Shown piece by piece: positions 27,840 through 36,163 of a stretch of DNA of 41,986 nucleotides (its first letter is position 1; the number at the start of each line of letters is the position of its first letter). Source of the stretch: an uncultured Dermatophilus sp. (GTDB lineage Bacteria; Actinomycetota; Actinomycetes; Actinomycetales; Dermatophilaceae); contig CAMCQD010000001.1 in the NCBI GenBank assembly GCA_945876925.1, positions 1 to 41,986 on the forward strand, read 5' to 3'. The notes beneath the pieces were generated by a model. That model ran no database searches. It saw only the letters and a program-made list of their open reading frames with translations, and was not told the origin of the DNA. A program made the position numbers and the translations under genes.

Positions 27840-28442
27840 TCACTCTGCTGGCCGGGAGGTCTGCGGGCGGGCCACGGCCAGGTAGGCGGCGATCACCTCA
27901 TCGGCGATGGCGGCCACCGAGGTGACGTGGCTGCGGGCGACCAGCTCGGACATCGCGAGCTCGGCCAGGCTGGTCAGCGAGGCGGTGACCGCGCGGGCCC
28001 GCAGATCGCCGTCCGGCCAGCCCATCCGCTGGCAGGTGAGCTGGGTGATCAGGCTGGTGGTGCGGGCGGCGCGCTCCATCGCCAGCGCGCGCACCTTGGG
28101 GTCGGCGCGCATGGCGGAGTCGGCTACCTGGCGCTGCCCGCGCACCGCCCCGGCATCGGCCGAGGCGGGGAAGGCGCCGCGCAGCAGCGTGATCGAGTCG
28201 TCCAGCAGGTCCCCGGAGGGTCCGCCGGCCAGGAACTGGCGCACCTCCGGGCGGTCGGTCAGCTCTGCCGGGTCTTCCTGGGGCCCCAGCACCGCCGAGG
28301 CCTTGTCCGGCACCGCGTTGAACAGCGTCCGGCGGCTGACTCCGACCGCCTGGGCCAGGTCGCTCATCGTGAAGCCGTCGTAGCCGTGCTGGATGACCAG
28401 CGCGCAGGCTTTGCGCTGGATCAGCGCTTGCCGCTCACTCAT
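27840..28442 (-). CDS. TetR family regulator
   Basis: GYDGFTMSDLAQAVGVSRRTLFNAVPDK; start at ATG 28442 or 28460, the ORF-track extension being antisense to the MFS. Confidence 0.88.
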   Translation of the reverse strand: MSERQALIQRKACALVIQHGYDGFTMSDLAQAVGVSRRTLFNAVPDKASAVLGPQEDPAELTDRPEVRQFLAGGPSGDLLDDSITLLRGAFPASADAGAVRGQRQVADSAMRADPKVRALAMERAARTTSLITQLTCQRMGWPDGDLRARAVTASLTSLAELAMSELVARSHVTSVAAIADEVIAAYLAVARPQTSRPAE

Positions 28443-28443
28443 C

Positions 28444-28497
28444 TTGCACTCGGCTCCCATGCGATGCAGTCTTGCACTATGACAACAGTGAGTGCAA
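28444..28497. promoter_or_regulatory. Two tandem TetR operators between divergent tetR and MFS
   Basis: TTGCACT-N12-GATGCAG (28444-28469) and TTGCACT-N12-AGTGCAA (28472-28497), same spacing. Confidence 0.72.
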
Positions 28498-29978
28498 CAG
28501 ACGTCGCCGGAGGTGATGCCGCGGCCCCCAGCCGCGAGGTACCTGCCAGGCCGGCGGCGTCCTGCGATCACGCGCCCGCACCCGGCGGACGCGGCGTGTT
28601 CGCCCTCATCGCCATCATGGTGGCGAGCGCCTTCACCCTCATCCTCAACGAGACGCTGCTCGGGGTCGCCCTGCCCGCGATCATGGCGGACCTGTCCATC
28701 GAGGCCGCCACCGCGCAGTGGCTCACCAGCAGCTACATGCTCACCCTCGCGGTAGTCACCCCGGCCGCCGGGTTCATCCTGGCCCGATTCACGCCCCGGC
28801 AGGCGTTCGCCGGGGCGATGTCGGTATTCCTGGCCGGCACCGCGGTAGCCGCCGTCGCACCCGGCTTCGCGCCGCTGCTGGCCGGGCGGATCATCCAGGC
28901 CACCGGCACTGCCATCATGCTGCCGCTGCTGATGACCACCATCCTGCGGCTGGTCCCGGCCGACCGGCGCGGCACCAGCATGGGTTTCATCGGGCTGGTT
29001 ATCTCGGCCGCCCCGGCGCTCGGCCCGACCGTCTCCGGACTGGTACTCGGCGCCCTGAGCTGGCGCTGGCTGTTCCTGCTCGTGCTCCCGATCGCCCTGG
29101 CCGCCCTGCTCACCGGGGCCCGCCTGGCCCCGGCCGGGCACGGCCCCGCCGGCGCGCGGCTGGACCTCGTCTCGGTGGCGCTGTCCACGGCCGGCTTCGG
29201 CTCCCTCGTGATGGGCCTGTCCGCGTTCGGTCACGAAGGCACCGCCCCGGTGAACCCGCTGGTAGCCATCGCCGCCGGGGCCGTGGGAGTCGCCGCGTTC
29301 CTTGCCCGGCAGAACCAGCTGCAACGCCGCGAAGCCGCCTTCCTCGACCTGCGCACCTTCGCCAGCGTGCCATTCCGGGTGACGGTCATCATGACCAGCA
29401 TCGGCATGGGGATGATGCTCGGCGCGGCCGTGCTGCTGCCGTTGTACGCCTCGGCGGTACTCGGCCTGGATGCCCTCACCACCGGGCTGATGCTGCTGCC
29501 CGGCGGGGTCGTCATGGGGCTGCTCGGCCCGCTGACCGGCTCGGCAGCCGACCGCTGGGGTGCCCGGCCGCTGGTCATCCCGGGGGCTTTCCTGCAGCTC
29601 ACCGCGATGGGGCTGTATACGCGGCTATCCGCGGACACGCCGCTTGCTGCCGTGATCGCGGCACACGTGCTCATGAGCGCCGGGATCGCGCTGGTGAACA
29701 CGCCCCTGATGACGGCCGGGCTGGGCAGCCTGCCAGACCGGCTCTACTCCCACGGCAGCGCCGCGATGACCACCTTCCAGCAGGTCGCCGGGGCGGGTGC
29801 GACCGCGCTATCGGTCACCCTGATGTCGCTCGGGGCGGCCGCCTCGGGTGCCACCGGAGCGGCCGCGCAGGCCGCCGGGGTGCAGCTGGCGATGAGCGCC
29901 GGCGCGGGCCTGGCACTGGTCTCGGTCGTCGCGGCGTTCTTCGCCCCGGCCGGGCAGCCGGCCCGGATGCCCGGGTGA
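28479..29978 (+). CDS. DHA2 MFS efflux transporter (LmrB-like)
   Basis: ILNETLLGVALP, QWLTSSYML, GRIIQATGTA, APALGPTVSG, HGSAAMTTFQQVAGA. Confidence 0.92.
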   Translation: MTTVSATDVAGGDAAAPSREVPARPAASCDHAPAPGGRGVFALIAIMVASAFTLILNETLLGVALPAIMADLSIEAATAQWLTSSYMLTLAVVTPAAGFILARFTPRQAFAGAMSVFLAGTAVAAVAPGFAPLLAGRIIQATGTAIMLPLLMTTILRLVPADRRGTSMGFIGLVISAAPALGPTVSGLVLGALSWRWLFLLVLPIALAALLTGARLAPAGHGPAGARLDLVSVALSTAGFGSLVMGLSAFGHEGTAPVNPLVAIAAGAVGVAAFLARQNQLQRREAAFLDLRTFASVPFRVTVIMTSIGMGMMLGAAVLLPLYASAVLGLDALTTGLMLLPGGVVMGLLGPLTGSAADRWGARPLVIPGAFLQLTAMGLYTRLSADTPLAAVIAAHVLMSAGIALVNTPLMTAGLGSLPDRLYSHGSAAMTTFQQVAGAGATALSVTLMSLGAAASGATGAAAQAAGVQLAMSAGAGLALVSVVAAFFAPAGQPARMPG

Positions 29979-30368
29979 GGCGGGCTGTTCCTGGCTGGGT
30001 CAGGTGGTTGGCCCGGGGGAGGTGTGCCGTGCCTGGTCCTGGGGTAGTTGCGCCGGGCTGGTGCCCGGGACAGGGGTGAGGGCTGTTGATCTGCCCGGTC
30101 ATGGCAGCCCCGCCGGGCGGCCGGCCCGGAAGCGCGGGTGAGGCTGGCCTGGGCGCGGCCCGGAGCCGGCTTAGTGCTGGCCTGCTGCCGGCCTGACCAG
30201 GTGGTTGGCCCGCAGGGTCGTACCGTGGAGGCGTGAGCGAGGGACCTGTTCTGGTGCTGGTGCATGGCACCCGGTTCAGTGCCCGGTCCTGGGATGGTTA
30301 CGCCGAGCTGGTCCCCGGGGCCGAGGTGAGGGCTGTTGATCTGCCCGGCCACGGCAGCCGCGCCGGGC
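29949..30368. repeat. Degenerate tandem duplication of the MFS 3' end and hydrolase 5' end
   Basis: Exact 24-mer GGTGAGGGCTGTTGATCTGCCCGG at 30075 and 30325; CAGGTGGTTGGCCC at 30001 and 30198; GCCGGGC at all three boundaries. Confidence 0.8.
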
Positions 30369-30949
30369 AGGCATACACCTCTGCCTCAGCGGTGGCGGTA
30401 GTGGAACAGGAGGTCGGAACGGCCGGCCCGCGCCGCCCGGCCGTGCTCGCCGGTCACAGCCTGGGCGGTTACGTCAGCGCAGCCTACGCCGCCCGCCACC
30501 CGGATAGGCTCAGCGGGCTCGTGCTCATCGGCGCCGCCGCCGACCCGTCCCGGCATCCGCACCTGGCCCGCGCATACACCGGATTCGCCCGCCTGGTGCC
30601 CGTCGTCGGCCCCGAGCGGATGTCCCGGTTCGCCAACGGGGTGCTGCGTTGCGCGGGGCTGCCGGCGGAGAAGATGCCCGGCGCGGCCGGGTACGCGGTG
30701 ACCCAGCAGGCCTGGGGGTCGGTGGTGGCCGAGTCCCGCGCCAGCCAGCTGGCCGGGGTCAGCTGCCCGGTGTACCTGGTCGGCGGGCAGTTCGACCAGC
30801 TCCGGATCGACACCGCCGCGTACGCGCGGGCCTGCCGCGAGCCGCACGTGCACGTCATCCGCGGGGCCACCCACCTGGCCCCGCTCACGCATCCCGAGGC
30901 CGTGGCCGCTATCCTCCGCCAGGCCGTAGCCGCCGCCCGCGCGTCCTGA
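30233..30949 (+). CDS. Alpha/beta hydrolase
   Basis: LVHG, VDLPGHG, GHSLGG, GQFD, GATH. Confidence 0.9.
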   Translation: MSEGPVLVLVHGTRFSARSWDGYAELVPGAEVRAVDLPGHGSRAGQAYTSASAVAVVEQEVGTAGPRRPAVLAGHSLGGYVSAAYAARHPDRLSGLVLIGAAADPSRHPHLARAYTGFARLVPVVGPERMSRFANGVLRCAGLPAEKMPGAAGYAVTQQAWGSVVAESRASQLAGVSCPVYLVGGQFDQLRIDTAAYARACREPHVHVIRGATHLAPLTHPEAVAAILRQAVAAARAS

Positions 30950-30995
30950 GCGCGCCCCGCGCGGCTTTGATAGGCGCGGAGGATGAGTACCGCAG

Positions 30996-31091
30996 GTAGC
31001 GATCGGAAGTATCCCGTTTCCGGGGGTGCGTGCACGTTTACGCAGGTGAATGTGCACAGGTGCCGGAGAAAGGGATACTTCCGATCGCTAC
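30996..31091. repeat. 96-bp REPIN/MITE-like hairpin
   Basis: Perfect 20-bp arms GTAGCGATCGGAAGTATCCC / GGGATACTTCCGATCGCTAC, with inner stem GTGCACGTTTAC-GCAG-GTGAATGTGCAC. Confidence 0.75.
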
Positions 31092-31209
31092 GTTCCGGGG
31101 AATGCCCCCGCCGCATACTCGCCGGGGCGAGGTCTGCGGGTGGCTGGTGTCCCGGGGTGCTGGCAGGTGAGGCGCGGTTCCCGGGGCTGGGCCGGTAGGC
31201 CCGGCCGGG

Positions 31210-31686
31210 CTATAAGCGGATCGCCTCTGAGTCGAGCCGGGCCCGGGTGTCCGGGTCGAGCGCGGGTTCCTGCTTGAGTTGCACGTCCGCTCCGACGACC
31301 TGGGCGACTTGCCGCTCCAGGTCGCGGAGCCTGGCTGGTTCCAGAGGGGAGTCCACCGCGATGAGCAGGTCCACGCTGCTGGGCTTGCCTTCTCCCGTGG
31401 CCAGCGGGCCGACGACTCTCGGCTGGCCCGCTCCCGCCTCGGCGAGAACCCGCAGGACCTGCTGCCTGGTTGAACGCAACTGGTGTGCGAGCGGCCCGCT
31501 TCCCTGGAACCGGAGCATCCGCGATACCTCCGGCTGGCTGCGGCCGATGGCAGCGCCGATCTGCCGCTGGCTGAGGCCCGCGTCGGAGGCGTCCCGGATG
31601 GCTTGCACGAGGCGTCGCTGGGTGCGTGCGATCGTTCTCTCGTACGAGCGAACCTTGCGTCGCAACCTGCGCTGCTCGGGCTTCAT
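31210..31686 (-). CDS. HTH + minimal nucleotidyltransferase (MNT antitoxin-like) protein, degenerate active site
   Basis: HTH GLSQRQIGAAIGRSQPEVSRML followed by MNT-like RVVGPLATGEGKPSSVDLLI..LDSEAIRL; TATGTT -10 lies 6 nt before ATG 31686. Confidence 0.75.
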   Translation of the reverse strand: MKPEQRRLRRKVRSYERTIARTQRRLVQAIRDASDAGLSQRQIGAAIGRSQPEVSRMLRFQGSGPLAHQLRSTRQQVLRVLAEAGAGQPRVVGPLATGEGKPSSVDLLIAVDSPLEPARLRDLERQVAQVVGADVQLKQEPALDPDTRARLDSEAIRL

Positions 31687-32053
31687 GCGGTCAACATAGA
31701 AAGGCCGTTCGCCCCACCGCACCGTCCCGGCAGTGCCCACAAATTGCTGAGTTTGGTTGAAGTCGCAGGTGATCCGTGCAGATTGCGGAGCCTGCGCAGG
31801 TTGTGAGCCTGGTTCGTCTTCCTTTCCGCCGTTTCCCGCGCAGCCGTCCGGCGTCCCGGCGCCCCGGTTCCGCCGGGAGATCTGGTGAGACCGGGGGCGA
31901 GCCAGTGACAGAAGAGTTATCGTGTGACAGACATGGAGTCCGATGAGTGAGAGTAGCTGAATACCGCTGGGGTGGATCCCTCCCGCGAGGGGGCGCCCGC
32001 AGCCGCGCGCGACCCGCCCCGGCCCCGCGCATGGCAGAGGGGAGCAGATCATC

Positions 32054-32962
32054 ATGACGATCCCGAACGACGAACTGGCCCGGATCGCCAACCGGGCGCG
32101 ATGGGAGGTCGTGCGCACGGTCGCGGCCCGCAAAGCGGGGCATGTCGGCGGCCCGCTGTCGATGATGGACCTGGTCACGGCGCTGTACTTCCGTGACCTG
32201 AGGATCCGCCCCGAGGAGCCGGACTGGCCTGGCCGGGACCGGTTCATCCTCTCCAAGGGGCACGCGGCCATCGGCTTGTACGCCGTCCTGGCGCTGCGCG
32301 GCTTCTTCCCGCTGGAGGAGCTGGCCACTTTCGACAGCGGCGGGTCGCGGCTGCAAGGCCATCCCGACGCCACCCGGCTGCCCGGGCTGGATGTCTCGAC
32401 CGGCTCACTGGGGCAGGGTCTTTCCTTCGGGGCCGGCCTGGCCCTCGGAGCGCGGATGGCCGGCCAGGACTTTCACACCTGGGTGCTGCTGGGCGACGGC
32501 GAGATCCAGGAGGGCATGGTCTGGGAAGCCGTGGCCAGCGCCGCCTACCGGCTGGCTAATCTCACCGCGATCGTCGACTGCAATGGCCTGCAGCAGTTCG
32601 GGCTGCCCAGCGACCCGGCCTCGGCCGCGACTGACCGAGGGAACCGCCGCGACCCGTGGTCCGGGATCGACCTGAGTGCCGTGTTCACCGCCTCCGGCTG
32701 GCGCGCGCTCACCGTCGACGGCCACGACCACGCCTGCATCGAGCGGGCCTTCGCCACCGCCCGCGCCGGTGACCCGCAAGGCCGCCCGACCGTCGTCCTG
32801 GCGCGCACCGTCAAGGGCAAGGGGGTCCCGGTGGCTGAGGGCGATTACGCCTGGCACACGATCGTGCCCTCCCCGCAGGAGGTCGAGCTTGCCCGGCGTG
32901 AGCTGCTCGGGGACGATCCGGCTCCCGCCGGTGCTGCCTCACCGGAAGGAGAACCGCGATGA
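32054..32962 (+). CDS. Transketolase N-terminal (TPP-binding) subunit
   Basis: GHVGGPLS, RDRFILSKGH, LQGHP, STGSLGQG, GDGEIQEG..DCN, TVKGKG. Confidence 0.93.
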   Translation: MTIPNDELARIANRARWEVVRTVAARKAGHVGGPLSMMDLVTALYFRDLRIRPEEPDWPGRDRFILSKGHAAIGLYAVLALRGFFPLEELATFDSGGSRLQGHPDATRLPGLDVSTGSLGQGLSFGAGLALGARMAGQDFHTWVLLGDGEIQEGMVWEAVASAAYRLANLTAIVDCNGLQQFGLPSDPASAATDRGNRRDPWSGIDLSAVFTASGWRALTVDGHDHACIERAFATARAGDPQGRPTVVLARTVKGKGVPVAEGDYAWHTIVPSPQEVELARRELLGDDPAPAGAASPEGEPR

Positions 32963-33915
32963 CCACCGCACCGGTTTCCATGCGCGAGGCCTGGGGTGCC
33001 CGCCTGATCGAACTCGGCCAGGCCGATCCGCGTACTGTCGTGGTCGACGCCGACCTGGCCAGTTCCACCAAGGCCGACGGGTTCGCCCGGGCCTTCCCCG
33101 GCCGGTTCATCCAGGCCGGTATCGCCGAGCAGCACCTCATCGGCCTGGCCGCAGGGCTGGCCCAGGCCGGGTTCATCTGCTGGACCAGCTCATTCGCGGT
33201 TTTCCTGAGCCATCGCGCGCTGGATCCGATCCGCGTCCTGCTGGGTCAGGACCACGCTAACGTCAAGCTCGCCGGCTCCTATTCGGGCCTGCTCATCGGC
33301 GGGGTTGGCAAGACCCATATCGACGTCGAGGATCTGGCCATCATGCGCGCGATGCCCGGCATGGTCGTGCTCGCCCCGGCCGATGTCACCGAGCTGACGG
33401 CCATGATCGACTGGGCGCACGCCTACGACGGGCCGGTCTACCTGCGCCTGGTCCGCAATCCGGTGCCGGACGTGCTCGGCCCCGGCTATACGTTCACCCC
33501 CGGAGCGGTGCTCACGCTGCGCCCGGGCTCCGATCTGGTCCTGGCCGGCACCGGTCCTCAGACCGGCCGCCTGCTCGCCGCCGCTGGCCTGCTCGCCGGG
33601 GAGGGCATCAGCGCCAGGGTGGTGCACGTGCCCTGCCTGAAGCCCCTGGACGCCGGTGCCCTGCGGGCCGCCGTGGACGGCCCGGGCCTGGTCGTCACCG
33701 CCGAGGAGCATTCGGTCATCGGCGGGCTGGGCAGCCTGGTGGCCGAGACCCTGACCAGCTCCGGGCCCGCGCCGTGGATCGAGCGGCTGGGCATCGCCGA
33801 CACCTGGGGCGAGTCGGCCGGTGACGACTACCTCCTGCGGGTCCACGGGCTCACCCCGGAGGCGATCGCGCGGCACGTGACCGGTCTGCTCGCCCGGCCC
33901 GGCGCCGCCCGGTGA
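32959..33915 (+). CDS. Transketolase C-terminal subunit
   Basis: DADLASST, GIAEQ, GPVYLRL, AEEHSVIGGLGS; ATGA-coupled. Confidence 0.93.
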   Translation: MTTAPVSMREAWGARLIELGQADPRTVVVDADLASSTKADGFARAFPGRFIQAGIAEQHLIGLAAGLAQAGFICWTSSFAVFLSHRALDPIRVLLGQDHANVKLAGSYSGLLIGGVGKTHIDVEDLAIMRAMPGMVVLAPADVTELTAMIDWAHAYDGPVYLRLVRNPVPDVLGPGYTFTPGAVLTLRPGSDLVLAGTGPQTGRLLAAAGLLAGEGISARVVHVPCLKPLDAGALRAAVDGPGLVVTAEEHSVIGGLGSLVAETLTSSGPAPWIERLGIADTWGESAGDDYLLRVHGLTPEAIARHVTGLLARPGAAR

Positions 33916-34775
33916 CCGCGCCGCCCATGCCCCGGTCCGCCGCCCCCGCGTCCCCCGCCGGCCTTGAGGCGATCACCAAGGCCGGTGCGCTGCTGAATGC
34001 CCTGGCCAGGCACGGCGAGCTCACTGTGCCCGCTCTCGCGCGAGCCGTCGGTGAGCCCGGCAGCTCGGTGTACCGCATGGTGCGCACGCTGGTCGGGCTC
34101 GGCTGGATCGATCCGGGTCCGCGGCGTGGCCGGTACCGGCTCGGGCTGGGCCTGCTGACCACAGCCAGCCTGCTGGAGGGTCAGCTCGACGTGCGCGACG
34201 CGGCCCGTCCCGTGCTCTCGGAGCTGCGCCGTGCCACCGGGCTGACCAGTTATCTGTGTGTCCGTGACGGACTGCGCGCGGTGTGCATCGACCGGTTCGA
34301 GGGGCAGGCCGTGGGGTCGCTGCAGATGCGGCTGGGCAGTTCGCTGCCGTTGTACGCCGGGGGAGCCCCGGTGGCGTTGCTGTCCCGGCTGCCCGGTCAG
34401 CTGCGCGCTCAGGTCCTGGCCGGCGGCCCGGTGCTGCCCGGTGACCCGGCCGCCCCGCCGCCCGGGGTGCTCGGCGCTGCCTGCGGTCACGCCGTCGAGC
34501 ACGGTTTCGCCGTCTCCGATGGGGATGTCACCCCCGGCGTCGCTGCCCTGGGCGCCCCGGTGCTCAACCACCGCCGGGAGGTGGTTGCCGCGATCTCGGT
34601 GTGCGGGCTGAGGCCGCATGTGCTCGCTGACTCCCGCGCGCGTCACGTGCGGCTGCTGCTCGGCGCGGCGGCGGAGATCAGCGCGGCCCTCGGGGCGGGG
34701 GAACCGGGCGATGGCGCGGGCGGCCCTGCCCGGCCGGCTCCCGTTCTCGCCCCCGGAACCCGGGTGCCGTCGTGA
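33912..34775 (+). CDS. IclR family regulator
   Basis: HTH SSVYRMVRTLVGLGWI; GSSLPLYAGG, GVAALGAPV. Confidence 0.9.
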   Translation: MTAPPMPRSAAPASPAGLEAITKAGALLNALARHGELTVPALARAVGEPGSSVYRMVRTLVGLGWIDPGPRRGRYRLGLGLLTTASLLEGQLDVRDAARPVLSELRRATGLTSYLCVRDGLRAVCIDRFEGQAVGSLQMRLGSSLPLYAGGAPVALLSRLPGQLRAQVLAGGPVLPGDPAAPPPGVLGAACGHAVEHGFAVSDGDVTPGVAALGAPVLNHRREVVAAISVCGLRPHVLADSRARHVRLLLGAAAEISAALGAGEPGDGAGGPARPAPVLAPGTRVPS

Positions 34776-35491
34776 GCGGGGTGCTGCGCCGGGCCGCCGG
34801 CCTCATCAGCCTGCTGGCCGGGGATGGCCCGCTGAATCCCGCGGAGGCCGCCAGGCGGCTGGACCTGCCGCGCCCCACCGTCTACCGGCTCGCTGAGGCC
34901 CTCACGAGCGCCGGGTACCTGGTGACCTTGCCCGATGGGCGGCTGCGGCCCGGACTGTCCTGGCTGCACCTGGGGGATGCCGCGCGGGCCGCGATGAGCG
35001 AATGGTCCTGCGCCCGGGACGTGCTGGACGAGCTGAGCAGCCGCACCGAGCTGACCGCGTTCCTGGCGGTGCCGCGCGGGGGGCACGTGGTGTGCCTGGA
35101 CTGGTCGCCCGGCAGTCTCGCCGAGGTCATGCTGCTGCGGCCGGGGAGGACCCTGCCGTTGCACGCCGGGGCTGCCGGGAGGCTGGCGCTCGCCTGGGGC
35201 CCGTCCGGCCCCGGCGAGCTGGCTGCTGGGCCGTTGCCGCCGCTGACGCCGTACACGATCACCAGCCCCGATGCCCTGGCCGCTGACATCGAGCGCACCC
35301 GGGCACGCGGCTACGTGCACTCCGACCAGGACGTGACCCTCGGTATCGGTGCCCTGGGCGTGCCGGTGGCGGGGGCGTGCGGGCAGTTCCGGGGGAGCGT
35401 GTCGGTGGCCGGGCTGGCTGAGGTGGTGGGTGCCCGCTGCGGTGAGCTGGTGCCTGTGCTGGGGGAGGCTGCGGCTGCGCTGAGCTGGTGA
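34772..35491 (+). CDS. IclR family regulator (second)
   Basis: LDLPRPTVYRLAEAL, GRTLPLHAGAAG, TPYTITSPDAL, GIGALGVPV. Confidence 0.9.
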   Translation: MSGVLRRAAGLISLLAGDGPLNPAEAARRLDLPRPTVYRLAEALTSAGYLVTLPDGRLRPGLSWLHLGDAARAAMSEWSCARDVLDELSSRTELTAFLAVPRGGHVVCLDWSPGSLAEVMLLRPGRTLPLHAGAAGRLALAWGPSGPGELAAGPLPPLTPYTITSPDALAADIERTRARGYVHSDQDVTLGIGALGVPVAGACGQFRGSVSVAGLAEVVGARCGELVPVLGEAAAALSW

Positions 35492-35617
35492 TTCCCAGCC
35501 CGGGCATGTCCGGCGCGGGGGCGGTGGGCTGTGCCGGGCGGGAGGCGGAGGCGTGTGCGTGGGTCTGCGCATGCCCCGCGCGGGGATGAGTGCGTGCCGC
35601 GTAGCGGATCAGGCAGG

Positions 35618-35667
35618 CGGTTTACCGGTGATGACTCCGGGCGCCCGCAGCCATCACCGGTAAACCG
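35618..35667. repeat. 50-bp near-perfect palindrome
   Basis: CGGTTTACCGGTGATG and CATCACCGGTAAACCG are perfect 16-bp arms; the inner 18 nt are self-complementary with 2 mismatches. Confidence 0.8.
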
Positions 35668-36163
35668 GAGTGCCCCTGGGCCCGGCTCGCCGGCGGCAGC
35701 CCGGTCGTCGGCTACCGGGTGCCCCGCCGGACAGCACGCCGGGTCCGTCTGGTGCATGGGCGCCGGCATGAGCCCCGGCCCCGACCCGGGCCGTGAGCGG
35801 GCGTGAACGAGGCCTGGCGGCCGGACGAGTATCCGGATCGCGCCCGGAACCTCGCGCTGCCTGAGTCAAGGTGCGTCCCGGGTCCGGCGTGAGGCCGGAG
35901 AGGCAGGCGAGGGCTGCGATATGAGCTGCGACACAGTTGGCACTGAAAGTCCCGGGTTGCTCCATAAAAGCGTCTATGTTCAGGCAAATAAATTAGAACG
36001 TTGCAGTAAATCGAGTCGGTTTTCACTGTCGCGCACGCGCTCTCCGCAGGGTTAGCAAGGCTTGGGGGCGTCCCGGCGGCGTCCCGGACGGCCCGGCTGC
36101 TGCGATCCGCTGGTAACCGCCCGGGGAGTGCATGCCCTGGCTACGTGACGAAGGAGTCCGCTC

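Noticed and set aside
30991-31801. Recurrent CGCAGGT heptamer (30991, 31041, 31764, 31795)
   Set aside because: Short, GC-rich and irregularly spaced; cannot be distinguished from background without genome-wide counts.
31687-32373. N-terminal extension of the HTH-MNT ORF (387 aa)
   Set aside because: Antisense to transketolase and spanning promoter DNA; a -10 element supports ATG 31686.
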